Counted from the first letter of the stretch, positions 29,701 to 45,100 are shown. The stretch is DNA of 64,000 bases from Tubulanus polymorphus (GCF_964204645.1 NC_134026.1:25020150-25084149); one strand, 5' to 3'. Numbers and translations: made by a program. The notes: a model not told the origin generated them from the letters alone.

Positions 29701-32700
29701 CTGGCGAAAGAATAGTTAACGTGCGTTATAAGAATCTCCAGTATTTGTTACCAGATAGTTCAGTAAAGTAAGTGTTGTAATTGGCACAGCTCTCAGCAGA
29801 CGGTTCACCTAATACAAATTAAATATTACATATGCAATTATCACTCAATACAGAAATATTCATCATGTAAGCCTACTCATAGACTCTACAACGATTTTGT
29901 TTTCGAGTCCATGGCCTAATCAAGCTGATCTGATTATAATGTACTATGTGTCTGTTATTTTCCAGACTTAATTATAGCAAAGTCAATTCGGATATCTATT
30001 CGGTCGTTGGAAACAATCCTCATAACAAAAATCAACAGTTTCGAATACGGTTGCAACACAACCAACCCGTAAGTCCTTCTACAAAAGGAACCAACTGTTA
30101 CAAAAGACCAAACAATATGTAATTCTCTTTTATTCTAATTTCTAATAGACGTATAGAAATGATGCTCTTACCTGCGCTCGGAGGCATTTAGGGCAAGTTG
30201 AACTTGGATATAATGAGTTATGTTATTGATGTTCGAATCGCTGTTATTAATCGCCTTTTTATATTGAATTATCAGGATGACCTTGATCGGAAATTGGGTC
30301 GTCGGTGATTGTAAACTCGTAGAAGACAATACTTTTAATTACTCCACGTGTGAATGTTCTCGACCAGGACATTATGTTCTTCTCTTTTCTGAACCGAAAC
30401 CCATGGTAAGTTTCCTTATGTATACAAAGCTGATCGATTAATCGATAAATGAGCAAACTAAGTGAAATGAGCAAACAAAGTATTCGAAATATTTTCCATT
30501 TCTGGTATATTTAGTGTATTATGTGGTAATATGGGTTAATCACATCATATTTCAGTTTAGAATTACTTTTAGTGCTGTTGAAACTCTTATTTTGTAGGTA
30601 TTGATTCCTGAAATAGAATTCGAGGCATCACATTCCTATCTAGCATGCTGCCTGATATCCACGTCTCTGCTTATTGCGCTACTGTTTGCTCATGTTTTAT
30701 TTGCAAGGTATTGAACAATTATTTTTTGTCTCGACATCGACAGGTGAACACCACTCTTTGGACTGCAGAAAATGTATAGCACATGGAACCAATTACCACA
30801 TTCAATTTAAATGAATGCCAATGTGATCATGCTACTTGAGTTTCAAAATTGAGCACATCACGATTACGAGCTCTTGTCTGAAATGCCCCTGAATATTTCA
30901 GTATTTCTATTTTAACAGGAATCACAATGCATACAGCCATATATTTCCAATATCAATATTAATTCTTCTCATCCTGGTCGATCTATCGTTGCTATGCGTG
31001 TCATTTTTATATCGAAACGCGGTAAGTTGAATCTTCACGGAGAAAGAATTGAAGCAAACATCATTGTGAATATTCGGAAACCATTAATGCTGAAATTTAA
31101 ATTCTATTTACAGTTGGTGCGGGTTTCCTTATTAATATTGGTGTACTATTGTTATCTCTTGTGTTATTCTATTGCACTTTTCGAGATGATTCGACTTTAT
31201 CTTACGGTAGCGAAACACGTACGTACAAACGCGTTTGTCTGGAAGATCTTCTACACGCTGGCGCTGGGTAAGATTTTTGCTATTTGAAGATATAGCTAAC
31301 AAAACTAATTATGATATGTCAACGTGTGTCTCGTTGCACAAAAGCAACAAAGCAGCCAAATTTTCATGAAATTACTGAGACAATAAACTTCATGATTTTA
31401 TTCAGGGGTGCCGTGTTTTTGGTTGCTTATTCAAGTAGTTGCTTCGCATTTCTCTCACGACCCTGGTAAATTAAGATCTGTTATAATGATAACTGCCGCA
31501 TCTGGAATAATTTATATATTTCTATTCGCCTTGTTGACAATCGTAAGTATTTTAGTTTATATTGCATTTCTATGTCAATGACAATATCTAGATAACCTAG
31601 TTGTCGGTAATTGATATTTATGACTGAATTTTAATCTGTCTCGTTGCGAGTAATTGATCCTACAGTGTTCTGATGGTTATTTCAGGTAGAATTCGTGTTT
31701 TTGGTGTTATTCGTGAAAAGTTTAGTGATTTCGGATAAATCTGTCTCCAAACATAAAATACATATGTAAGAGAATCGTGCGACAATAACAACAATTACAA
31801 TTACATTACCCTTTTTAAATTTTGTTTACATTTTGTTTAAATTTCAGAGCTGCCGGTTGTAGAGCTATCATCGTGAATTTACATATAGTATTCATGACCA
31901 CGTATACCTACCAGACGTTCACGTATCTGCTTGTTAGTTTTTATCAGCATTTGCTGTCAGCTTCTCTTTTGGTGTCAGTAAGTATACTTGACACAATTCT
32001 TTGCGTCGCGTTGGTTCTGTTTACTCTCAGATATAAAAATTCATAACGCTGCACACGCGGCACCAATTGATTAAAAATTGCATACACTTTACACGGTCAC
32101 TATTCAAATATTTGAATTTAGGTAATATTTGGTTTCGTGTCCTATGGAGCGCAAGAAGAAAAGGTTAGTTTAATTTGAATGTTATGCAAGGTAAAACACA
32201 TCTGTCTCTATTTCATCGATACTTTGTATCACGTCACTAAAAAATCGTGAGTATGTGAAAATACATTGTTTATGTGTTCCAACTTCCCATCGAAAAAAAG
32301 AAACGGATCATTCACTGTCATTGTCCACACACCACCGTCTAGTGTTAGTGATCGAGCTATGCTATCGAGCTATGCAAATGTATTTTTTTTAGATATTGGA
32401 AGGAATTTATGAAGTATGGAAGCGATGTAGAACAAAGGTGCATTGACTTTTTATCTTAAACGAATTTTGTAATCTGCAATGAAATTAAGTGTATGAATGT
32501 ATATACAAATATTACATTTAGATAACGTCTGCATTCTTTTAGGTATCTGAAGAGAGTTCACAAGCTTTCTTGGGGGAGAAGCAAGACAGTTCATTCAAAT
32601 GTAAGCATATCAACAGTAACTTCTCGGTTACCTACTTCTTCATTTACTTGCCCCAAGAATTTTAATTTTAGAGTATATACCTAAAGATATTCTGTTCTAA

Positions 32701-33149
32701 CGTATGTTTACTGATTTAACATAATAGTTACAGCATTTGTAAGACCCCAGTTAACAGTAACGGAAATCGAAAGTAACACAGGCACGTCGTCGTCATGGGA
32801 TCCCGATATTGAATATTGTATAGCTCGTCATCAGTGTAGATTATCAAGACAAAAACGAGAAAGACTGAAGAAACTTGTCGGCGGTAACTATTCCAACAGC
32901 AGCAAAGACAGCGAAGAGTATATCCAATACCCTGATAAACTGTTCTACATCAGTGGTGGCATGTTTTTGTTTGACAAAGTCAAATGTTACATCGTCGATG
33001 ACAGGGACGATAGCATTTCGGCGACGACATCGTTAATGTCTTATACATCGGGGAAGGTGTCGTCGACATCGGCCGATATTATGGCGGATGAGACCTCACG
33101 AGAAACGACTGTCCAGGATCCGTTCCCGGAAATCCAGAACGGCAGATAA
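23759..33149 (+). CDS. Adhesion GPCR-like protein: signal peptide, CUB, 3x EGF, SEA-like segment, 2x Ig, HormR, GAIN/GPS, 7TM, cytoplasmic tail
   Basis: CUB (GFIQSPNFPAAFPVPIRCRWLL), EGF cysteine patterns (24.27-24.44, 25.38-25.47 and 25.58-25.70 kb) and Ig domains (LTLVCVSRG..FHWYKDG; ISCISH..FIWEREG..YNC). HormR (CPSDTVGGRGWAKTAPGKLAIIECP...WDKPDMSNC), GPS-like NWVVGDC...TCECSRPGHYVLL, hydrophobic TM exons at 30.6-32.2 kb, and a final exon ending at 33149. Confidence 0.82.
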
Positions 33150-34483
33150 TCTATTATCTCTCGCCAGAAATAGTCTAAAATAGTCATTGATACATAACTA
33201 AACAGGTGGTGGATGCGAATGAATTGATATACATATATATATTATTTCTAGTCAATTTGCTGTATTTATTTATCGGTGTTTTATATTGAAAATGTGATAT
33301 AACCATGAAAGTTTTAGTAATGATGGATAATATGAAACGGTGTTGAATTATATGCTGAATCCAGTGATTGCCAAATCTATTTTTGATTACAATTATACAT
33401 ATATTATATTCCGTCTTGTTCTTCGCTTTAAATCCATCATTTAAGGGATACAAGAAATCAAGCGACAATCAATTAATTTTAACCACAGAACTATGTTTTA
33501 ATGCGTATGAAATGTGTTCATTGTTCGTCTGAGGGGATGTTTGGTGATTGAACCTTTATAGATATATTTAAACTTTGTACGAAGTTATATGATGATGTAT
33601 TGAGATATTTTCTTGTATATATCAAACGATGCCTGTAATTATGTCACACAAATATGAAAACGACTGTATCACTTACTCGTGAACGTTCCTGCTCTAATAT
33701 TGTTACACGCGGAGTGCTTTCATGCGAACCGGTGACTTTTTTCAAGTTATTCCGCATATTGATATATACATATACACGTATAAACTCGGGTTGAGTATAT
33801 TTTGCATAAGCGCTATCTTTTCCTCATGATATACATATGGTTATCTGAATAGTGTAATGGCTGATTTGGGCGATATTTATTTGAAAAAACCCCGACGCTT
33901 TATCTCCGCCTATCTTTTTATGTAACCCGAAAAAACCACGCTTGAACCGACTTGCAACTCGTTAAAAACATCTTTTTGGGTTTAACATGGTGTTAAAATG
34001 TAACGTTGGTTTGACGTGATACAAGTAAGTAAAATAGCGGAGATTGGGTGTCATGTTTTTTTCCCAATGTGGCCTGAATTAACTTCTATAAATGGTCATA
34101 ATCATGATTCTCGATTCACCGTAATATGTATTGGATTTTTTTACTTTGTTTATCAAGCAAAACATCCTTTGAAAATTTGCATTTTTTTCTACTTACCAAG
34201 AATTATTTTTATAAATCATACTTTGATCTCAGAAATTATTTGCTGAATTATGAATAGAATTTCAAGACGGTTAAGAAAACCGGTTTGCAAGCCAATTTAT
34301 AAATGATAAGATAAGGCTGTCATCAAAAAATAAATCGTAATGCGATGAATATATACTTATACAATATTTATATTTCACTGAATGATAAATCATTACCTTG
34401 TTATAACTGCCTAATGTTCAATTTCTTATTGGGAAACTTAATATGAATAACAAATAAGAGAATGGTGTTATTAAAAACGTATT

Positions 34484-34569
34484 TACTCGAACCTCGTTGA
34501 TAGGAATCGGTTTAATACGAAACCTGATGATTTCACTGTTGTCTACAAGATTAACGAGGTTCCACTGTA
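34484..34569. mobile_element. Tc1/mariner (pogo/Tigger-like) MITE remnant
   Basis: The right end AACGAGGTTCCACTG-TA reads TA-CAGTGGAACCTCGTT on the minus strand, a pogo/Tigger-style terminus with TA. The left end TA-CTCGAACCTCGTT shares a 10-bp inverted match. Confidence 0.45.
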
Positions 34570-37500
34570 CGTATTTCATTGCAATGAACTAATATTTCGT
34601 ATCTGTTGTGTTTGTACCAATTGAATTAAAGTTAAATCTTCGAATTGGTTCTTCGTTTTCTTTTCTTAATTCCATCGTCGCAAAAGGAAAGATCGCTAGC
34701 TAGAATCAACGCATTTGTTCGACAATAAATTGATTTTAATGTGTGACAGTGATTTAACTTAACAGGGTTGTAAACAAATAATATATTAATATACCGTCCG
34801 TCGAGTCTGATTAGGCAGTCGTCTTTACCGATTTCTATGTAATCTACGAGTTGAAAGGATTCCCCGGAGAAACCTCAATTATGAGGGCATCGTGATGTAC
34901 AACAATTCTGATTTGTCACGCCATCGGTCGACATGAACTAATAAGTTTTAATTCCAAACATCGATAACTTTGAGACGATCAATCTCCATCGGCTACAATT
35001 GGCTGTTATCGATGGCTATTTTTGACAAGAATTATTGACCACTTAATCGATGGAAACTATGACCGTGTATCAAATCTTCTCAAGTTTACATGAATTACAC
35101 AAAAGAAAACTTACGCAATTGGCCCAGTGCTGAAAAAATGCTGGAAGACCCTTATTAGAAAAAAGTATCTCACTGGACATCGTCTGGGAAATGAAAACGG
35201 TCTGTAAATAAATGCCGACATTATTAGCAAGCGCAGGCGACGTCCTGGGGGAATGTTTTCGATGTGGAATCACTGTTACTTCAGTAAGAAAACAAATGAT
35301 TTCCTAATGAAAATCAATGACAATTGCCATACAGCAGTCCAGCGAGGATAATTCTGTGAATAGTACACACGAATTATTACCCTTGACGGAATTCAATGTT
35401 TTCTACGTATTCTCAAAAGCATTGGAAGTCCGCTAAATTCAGTTGATTTAAATATTTATCCCACTTGCTGATTATGATACAATAGGTTTTTTTTTGGAAT
35501 TTTCGGCTCGATATCGATGATAAGCGTCTATGGATTACAACCGTCCTGTTAAATGGCATGGATCTACTTTCGCTTAAAAATCGTCACAGGACCAATCAAT
35601 CGATAGATCTTCACGTCTATCGTGGATGATTTGCTTATTTAGCGAAAGAAAATATCCGAGGCGCAGTTATATTATTCCGAGTCGTAAGTGCCCGAAGGGA
35701 GATATAGATTTCGACAAACCCATTTACGGGTACGAAAGCGGTGTTTTCTCAGATCGTGTCGTCCACCCGGTGCGTGCGCGATGAGTTGGAAGCGATATTT
35801 TAAACCGACCAGCGCAATTTCCGAGAACGACCCCATAAGAGAACCTCCTCATAAAAAAAGAATTATCTTTTCATCGTCTATATAGTTTCTCTCTCGCTTT
35901 ACTCCAGTCTATACGTGTATACAAATTAACGCTTTTTCATAGCCATGTAACCTGAGATTGGATAAATGTTAATTGATAAGTTGAAGAATCAAACTATTTA
36001 TTAATCAGATTGATCGAGTTTATTTGTACGTTGAAGTGTTTATATAAGTGTGATTCGTGTCTTTTCGTCGTTAATACATAGTGCTTCATACGACGTTACG
36101 AAATTTAATCTAGAAAAATCCAGATTTTACCCGAAAAAAAAATCTATGGAAATCATTACGGTTTCAATTTACTCGTGTTAGCTACACTTCGCATACACGT
36201 AGCCAGTAGATATTCTGTTTTCGTGAAATTTGTTTGATCAATTCGTTAACGGTACATGAGCCATAACCGATATAGTGCAAATCGCTTCCACCTTATTAGA
36301 GTTTGCCGGGAATTTTCTTTAAGGCGACAGCGGACTAAACAGATAGGTTGGCAAAGATTTTTATTTACCTTATACCACTCGCCCCAGTAGCTCATCGTTT
36401 GATTCGATTCCCAGCGCAGACTTTTCTTTCTTTCTAAAGTTTTGACGGTGTTGTTTCTTTTTAACAGCGTGGTCGGGGGTAAACGGTCGTGAACCGCTAT
36501 TCACAAAACTCGCGAAAAGACTCAATAAACGGCTCTATTAGTAATTCTGACGTTTGTATGCCCGTTAGATTTAATATTGACAATTCGGTACAAGTTAAAA
36601 CCTTTTCGTCGTATAAAACAATTTTACAAGACAATGGGGGGTCTCCTCATTAGTCCAGTAAAACGTGGACCGAATATAACGTTTTACCGTTAACGCGTGC
36701 ACATTAACTAGTCATGTTGAATCTAGTAAAAGCGCGAAATTATTATTTGCGAATGTTTAACGTTTAAGTCTGAACTCGTGAAAATTGACCAACATTGACA
36801 TTTGTTCCGGAAAACAATAAATAACAAAACGATCTATCATTTCAATTTCAGAATTTCAATCACACAGGCCACTTGTCGGTAAATCCATTTGATACCAGAG
36901 TAGCGATAATTGACAAATTTAGCCATCGTTTCGGTACAGATCGGTAAGCCTCACTGTTGATTTTCCACCAGATACAATCTCTGTGTTTTCTTCGGAGATG
37001 AATTAAATGAGACTGCTGCAAATAATCAATACATAGTGGCAGATCAGTCAAACAAATAACCGGTCCCACGGGCATTCTCGCGAGGCAAGACGATATATTT
37101 TTTGTTGATCCACTAATAACACTGAACATGGGCATGAGCTCTAAACTATGGAACAGGCTCTTCATCAGTGTCTCAGAAACAGACAAATTGAAACGTTTGA
37201 ACTGCATTTGGTCAGGTTAGCAATGTAGATGCATTTTGTGTAACAAATAAATAATGATTTATTCTTACATCTAGTTTTGCAAGCCGGATAGACCAGAGAT
37301 TCTGCCCACTTAATGCACACGATTAAAGCGGATTTGACAGATCAAGAAATAAAGAAGGCACTCCTTATCGGACCTACCTCTAGAGACGATTGTCATGTTT
37401 GAGGAAATCGTTCATTTCTCAACACCTGACGATGGTCTGATGTGGCTATATATTTGTCCATCTTGACTACATCTTTCATAAATATCATTTGAAAATGGTC

Positions 37501-39149
37501 AGTCGGAGACCCCATGTATGTATCCGTATCTTATATAGATGTTTTTTAAAGCGGGCTTATTAATATTCTATATTTAGAATGATGTCATTGTACTGTAAAC
37601 TATAAATATACATTATTCTAACAAGATTTATCTTGGCTATTTCCTTATTCTTAGAGAATAACTATTTTTTTTTGTTTTCTGAGAATAGACAAAGTTTTCT
37701 ACCGATGGTTAGATTGCGTTGAAAATAACCAGGCAAATCACCCAAGCCGAGAAGAATCGCCAGTCGTAGAATAAAAGGATCTCGGGGCGCAAACACTAGA
37801 ATTAACCATCTAAGTCCCTTTGGTTCCTTCTCACAATTCAATTTTCTTCCTTCGAGTAGATAAGAATTTATCGTTACTGTCGCACTGGTGTAAGCAGTGT
37901 GGCGCTCAGCTAATTTACTTGGCTCTAACGTCATTTCCGTCGTTAATAAATTGTGGCTAAGTGGCCGTAACTGGAGAAATAACATCGCAGATTCGCGCCT
38001 ATTTGTTAGCCATTGTCAGAAGCCCCATCTATGAAATTAACGTAAGGCATAAATGAGAGGATTCAAATAAACATCCCGTCCTTTCTGTAGAATTTATGAT
38101 GGTAACATTCCTAGAAATAGTATGCCGGTTCATTAAGGTATATTGTTTTCGACAAGATTTGGACTGAGGGGTTACCCGACATTTTTCAGAAACTTTGGAT
38201 GCTTTTTATTATCCCCAACCACACAAGGGTGATCTAGCTAAGAAAGTTAAGAAGCAAAAATGTTTAAAAAGTTTGAATGAATTTCAAGAAGAACAGGTTG
38301 TTCAGTTCATCGTATTAATCGAGATATCATCACTCTGTTGTCGCTTGATAATCTGAAAGGCATCTCTTTTAGAGTTTTCGAATTTCAAATGTCACTTTTT
38401 CGTTGCGCTATGCAAGCACGCGTTCTAATAAGACACAATCATGGCAACTACCGTTATTGAGCGCAGCGTCGATCATCAGGATGTCTAAATCTCTGTGAGT
38501 ACAGAGTCAGATGCACAATAACTCTCATTTCAGTATCGGTCAGAGATTATGTTGGGTAATGATACGATAGATGGGATGTCGTCATTTGTGTTCGCATCGA
38601 TTTCGTCTTGCAACTTGTAAATAAGCATAACGGGCAATGAATGGTCACCCCAGTTTACTAAGCGGTCTCAGGATTAGTTTTTGATTGTCTGCGCATAACA
38701 AATTAAGTTTAGATTGATCTTCTATGACGTCCGCTCGCTGGAAACGTAAATGTCGCGTTCGTTGAAAGTTTTCTGACTGTTCCCATTGGGCAAGCGGCTA
38801 CGTCACCGCGATTGAGGGTGGAACCGAGCGCGTAAAGCGAAGCGTCGATAGTAACCGGAGAAATAAACGCAAAAACAGTTCAACACCTGACGTGGTTTGT
38901 ACAAAAGGTAAATAAATTCATGCAACTGTTTTACAGCGTAGAATATGATAGCGCTTTCGGTGCTTCTAACGAGTTTTCGCGTGAATTGATTCTTCTTCAA
39001 ACTTGTGCTCGACAGATAGCGTGTAATGCCAATCAAGCCATTTGACCGCTCTCAGCCGCAAAATGATAACGAAGACTCGTCTGCATTTTTTCCGAAAAGA
39101 AATTAAGGGTTTCGTTCTATGAGCTCGTCTACTCGTTCTAATTGATAAA

Positions 39150-42100
39150 ATGGTGGAAAATACTTTGCAGGTCGCTGGAGAGGTGAACGCGACAGAATTT
39201 CCGTTTTTGGAGAATACCACGGATATTTATGGCAATGCAACGACGCCTTGTCTCAACGATAAAAATGATTATTGTTTACCGGACGAGGACTATTTAAGTC
39301 AAATTGAAGATTTTCTGGTGCCATCTCCGATCGAAACGGCGGTTATAGTGCTGTACACACTCGTCTTTACCATTGGAGTCGTCGGAAACTTTCTGGTTTG
39401 TTTTGCCGTTTGGAGGAACCATCACATGCGGACAGTAACGAACTTTTTCATAGTAAATCTAGCAATAGCTGACTTCATGGTCACCCTGATATGCTTACCA
39501 CCAACATTACTAGAAGATGTGCGAGAGACCTGGTATTTCGGAAATATCATGTGTAAAATCGTGAAATATTTACAGGTGAGTCAATGAATTATTCTCTCAA
39601 CAGATGAGAAGCATTTACCAGATTAAAACGTATATACACTATTGCTATATTTACTTGATCGTGTTCATTTTCCCTGGTCAGGTTGTAAAGTCCTTTATAC
39701 TTAGGTCAAAAATAGGCTCAAACCTTAAAACTGGTCTTTGCTTGTTAGATTAACTATAGAACTATAAACAGGTGTTAGAATGGGCTTAACCCAAAGCCAT
39801 GACTGTGCAACTGACTCCTGTATATCGGGCTGCAAAGACACTTTTAGGTTCATTAACTTTCGAATATAGTTCCTTCAAAAATGCCCCACATTAAAATTCA
39901 CTTCACCATCACAATCTACAATTCCGCCATACTTTACCAAACACCCAATGTTCGTAACAAAAATTGTTGTTGATGAGATCACATATCATGAAAAAAAATC
40001 ATATACATGTATATGTTATTTTACAATGAAAAATTAAAGGTCAAAAGCCTCCGATATTGGAAACAATGTGTGCTGCTGCACGTTATTGACTGACATGTGA
40101 TTCGAAGGTATAAAAGTTACATTTAATCGTACGTCGCGGCTACCAATTCATCAATCCAAAGAAAAAAATAACCGTGACGGACAACGAGAAATAAAACCAT
40201 GAGATTAACAAGACGATCAAGATATTGTTTTTCTGTTTCATATCTATGTACGATCTGGACGATAATCGGCAGCTTAATGTCCGTTACTTAGTCGTACAGG
40301 GATTAATCTTACACGAGTATAAGCCCATTGTAAATTGTCGATGTTTTAGATATGTTTATGTGTTATTGTGTGAGAGATTAGAGGAATCAATTTGCACCAA
40401 ATGGTGTCCGAATTGAAGTTGAATAAAATTGCAAACTGAATAAACATTTCACTGATGTACTCAACTGGTGGCAGCTTTTACTAATGCATAAGTACACAAC
40501 ACAGCAAACAAAAGTATAACGAATGAATTTGGTCAGATTTTATGAACTTGTATACAATTAAACGTATTTCGATTAAGTATTAAGAAATTCGATGTTATTT
40601 GAATCATATTTCAAATCGCTCGAGGGATTGGTTAAAAATTCTAATCGTAACCATCTATTATGGATACGAGGTTACGTAAATCATGACTCATATGATATGG
40701 AATTTACCTGCGGTTTGTAAATCTGCTCGGTCCTTAAAATATCTTCAAATCCGCAACACGATACAATGGCCTGATAATTCTAAATGTTAATGACATTTTT
40801 AGATCGAACTATTGAATTATCTTATATAATTTAGTACTCAGAATATCTTTTTAGAATAAAACATACATATCTTATTTTTCTTAGATAAACCTCAACTCGT
40901 ACATAAGGTGTACACCTTAAATTGCTATCAATATCCGTAGAATTTTTTTTTGTCGATTTCGCATGTGGAAGGTGTAATAATCATACGGTTTTATTTACAC
41001 GGTAAACAAAAGCGAATACCTCCAGATGCAAAAAACCAGGCCACATTGATTAACGTATGGAAAATTACAAATTTTGCTCATCCATTTTTTAGTGACCGAA
41101 TTGAAAGAAACAAATATTCGAATTACCGATCAAGAAGAAACAACTGACTATATTTTCAACGTAACATTTTAACGTAACCCGCGTCGAGAACTATAATTAG
41201 CGAAAATTAACGAAGCGTAGGTTACACATGTACGCTAATTATTTCGACTTAACTGAGCTTCCATTTCATTGCTGCTGTAAACAAATTGTTAATTGGTGCT
41301 AGCAGCTTGAAAAATAGTTTGTTTTAGCAATATGACCACAGCGATACAACGCACGAGCTAAATAATTCAAATTACATGAAAGCGTTATGTTGCGTATACT
41401 TCCATTCGTTCAGTTAACCAACCATGACTGTGGTTTTCCAGTTTCCCAAATGAAAGTTGACAGTTTTTGTTGAATAATTGAAACAATTTAGTCAACCAAA
41501 TCAGCGGAGAACGGTTAGAATTCTTATCCGGCGCACCGAATTATAGTCCAATTTGGGTGTTCATTTTCGTAATTTTTCAATTACACCGAACGAGTGCTTT
41601 ATTTTGCTCACTGTATACTATACCGCGCTCTTCTTCTTGTTTATAATTACTTCACCGATTTGAAAAAAGTCTGAAGTATCTATTCTTGTCATAGCTTTTT
41701 TTCTGAAGTTTCTCCGTTAATACGGTTTATTGCAGGTCTCAAGTAAAACCAGACACTGTCGACGGTCATTGTCAACCTAAAAATGTAAAAGATATAGCGC
41801 ACTTAACCGGGCACGATAGACGCTGATGAATGTGTATGACACATCAGTAAACGTCGCCGCAATTAAGGGATGTTAGATTTTTATGAGAACTAAATTAGCT
41901 GATAGTTACACGGTATCTGTCGATGGGAGAGAAACGAAGGCTGTTCTTTATGTGAACGAGCCCGGGTTCATAGTCGGGTACATCGGTAGATAACTTGACA
42001 GTTGGGTCAACTTTCACGTTATTAATGGTCACGAAGTGTCATCAGTATCCAGTTCACTGGTGATTTATGCTTGCGTTTAATGCATTCCCATATCAGACAA

Positions 42101-45100
42101 TTTGATGGGTAAGTGCCACTGTAAGCTTACTGGATTACAATCAATGCGTAAATATTTAGCCACAGTGGTTTTAGTTACTCGCATAACATATATTTATAGT
42201 ACTAAACCAAAACCTTCAGATTTACCGCTATTCTATCATCAGAGGGAAAAACGAGAAAAGATGAACATTTATATATACAATCAAAGGACTGGTCACCCAT
42301 GGGTAACATCGGTGTGCTGGTTGTCGATACTTGGGTTTGCCGAGATCGTTAAAATAATTCCAGCGACGAGTCCAATAGATACACGAATGGTACAACCCAG
42401 ACGCAGTCCCTCTGACGCAGATTGCAATAGGTACACATTCGCTCGGCAATTTTTCGTTGTCCATCTACACGAAGAAACATTACTCAAATCCTGTTGACAT
42501 GTAGCCTGTGCTACAAAATAGCCTCGTTACACGGAATAAATGACTTGTCCGCCATGCTCTTGATTTGACTTGAGGGTACAGTTTAAGTTCTCTTTCCGTC
42601 GTTAAAAATGAACACGCTTCCGTAATAAGCCTAATTGAGCGTGTTTTTGAAATAAATGATGTTACTTGTATCTGTCATGCGGTGCTAATCAATTGGATTT
42701 CCCTCACATCGCCTAAACAGTACAGTGATTTACTGTACAAACCCAATATATTACGTGTACTTATTGCATTGTCAATCTTGACAAGTTTTGAAACTTTGAG
42801 AACTTTCAATTTACATCTATTCAAAGAATAAAATTATGTGTATCATCTCGATAGCTTTTCTGGGGAAACATTGCTCTGAACAGATACCCACAAGTAAACT
42901 TAGATAAAATGTTTCATTGCATATGATACCAACATTCTAAACTTCTCTGACTGATTAACTATTTGATATCCTGCGCTGAAATGCAACATATGACATTATT
43001 TCGTAGGTATTCAATCCTTCGGGAATATTCGAAGGCTGCTGGCTGAATAACTATCAACTCAAAAGCCCTCGCATCCTTCAATCAACCGCCATATTGAGCT
43101 GTTAGTAAATATTCGCCGAAAACTATTCGAAATTTCCGTGACGCGTGCTATTTTGCGTACAACTTGCTGTTGGATTTCTTATTCTAGAAAAATTGCAATG
43201 GTAACCATCAATGTGAAATGAATACGAAAAATTCGGGATTACCAAACACAAAATCAATCGGATATTTCCATGAGCCCCTTCAGGGCTGAGTTGGGTAAAA
43301 GGCTGCATCTCGAAGTGTTTGAAAGACAAGCGTCTTAACACCGGACCCAAAGGAACTTACCGGTAGTGTAAGTGGATGGCAGTGATATTTAGACGTGTTC
43401 AAAACATTTGGATACATAAGTCGGTAATTCATATCAAATTAACGACTGATTAGTAATTTGCGAATAATTTCTTCCGATATCATGAAATAAGAAATAGACC
43501 CCTATAGATAAACAATAACAATGTGTTAAACAATACGAAAAGCATTTTGTTGCTCGTTGAGAACGGGATCTGCATATCGCTGAAACCGAAATCGTTTATA
43601 TATCTAATTCACTTCCTATTTGGCGAATTCACTGATTGTCTCCAGCACAAGTGAAGCTTCCAATAGTGTTTCTGTGATGATTGGAATTTAAAAATCGTGG
43701 CTTCATTCTGTGCGAATGATTATTCAATGAAAACCCCGAGCCCGATGCGATATATATCCAGACAATAAACTTTTATCATCGAAACCTGGTGATTTATTCA
43801 CGGACTCCAAGCTCGTCTCGCGTGGGGATATTTTTTGTCCAGTTCGACCCCCGTAACGGCGGCAAAGCAAAATTGCATCTTTTTCTCAAAGAGGACTACA
43901 TGAATATATGCGTTACTGGTAGGCCATATGGTAGGCTATGTGTAAAACAACTTTCTAACTGGTGTTCTAATAGTGTTTTACACAGTTTTCTGTTATTTAC
44001 AATCGGTAATCGGATGATTTTAGTTATATACACCTTTGTTATTCTATACGGGACCGTTTAAATCGTATTGGTAACTCACACAGACACACAGCACTCGTAT
44101 TCAGCAGGGTCGAAACTAAACATAAAGCCCTTGGGTTTGTCTGGCAGATTTATCATATTATGGTTTCATCGGTACATTCTTCAACGCTGTATTCTTGTTA
44201 GCTGTACATTCAGCCTAAACTAAAGAACTGTTTGCACCACTAACGGCTCGGAATTATGTACATTGAAGAATTCATTCACATACTGAAACTTAGTTATAAA
44301 TGACCATCGTTTAGCGCAGCCTCCTAAGGGTATACTTGCAGACAATTGCGCCAATAGAAGCTCAAGTTGGTCGCCTGACTACAAATCTAAGCGTATCCTA
44401 TGGGATTACGTTTCTTGGCTGTCCATAACCCCAATTTATTTGATTAAAGGACAAAATTAAGGAACCTTATGATTACAATGATGATAATGAAAGTAATTAT
44501 ACTTGTATGACATGTATAAAATTTACATCTATTTTACAATTGGTGTTTTGTCTCTAGACGAATATCGTTCAACATTTAGGTAACCCAAAAAAGCATATTC
44601 CATCTCAAAAGCCTCGGACACACTGGGCGATTTTACCGGTGATTTCGTCGGGTGACGAAATCGCCCAGTGTGCCCGGGCCTTAAGAGATCTACAGAAGGA
44701 ATTTTCCAGTGCGCTAAGTAATTGATAGATACTGCATTCATCATATTGATAGATTCATAAATGCTTGGTAATAGGTTCAAACGCCTTTAATGAGTCCAAA
44801 GAAAATTATACTAATTAGGCATTACGTAATTGATATGGTGCCGGATTGCAAATCATCCAGTTTCCGTCGGTTATTTTGTTCGCAAAAATTATTCAATTAT
44901 CTTATAACGTGACTTTTATTTCATATTCTTTATATTAATACCGGGAGAGCATCACCTCTGTGTGGGGTCATTATACCAATTTACGTAATAGCATTTTGGT
45001 GGAATGCTTAACTCGTGGAAATAGGCCTTCAATTGGCGCTAGCAGTTGTTTTACTAGCGGGAACCAGCAGCTGAAAATGTTCTGGGAGATTAACGTCTTA

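Noticed and set aside
34600-39100. Short ORFs upstream of the orexin-type receptor and within its intron 1
   Set aside because: They have no recognisable motifs or consistent splice structure and fit random ORFs in AT-rich DNA.
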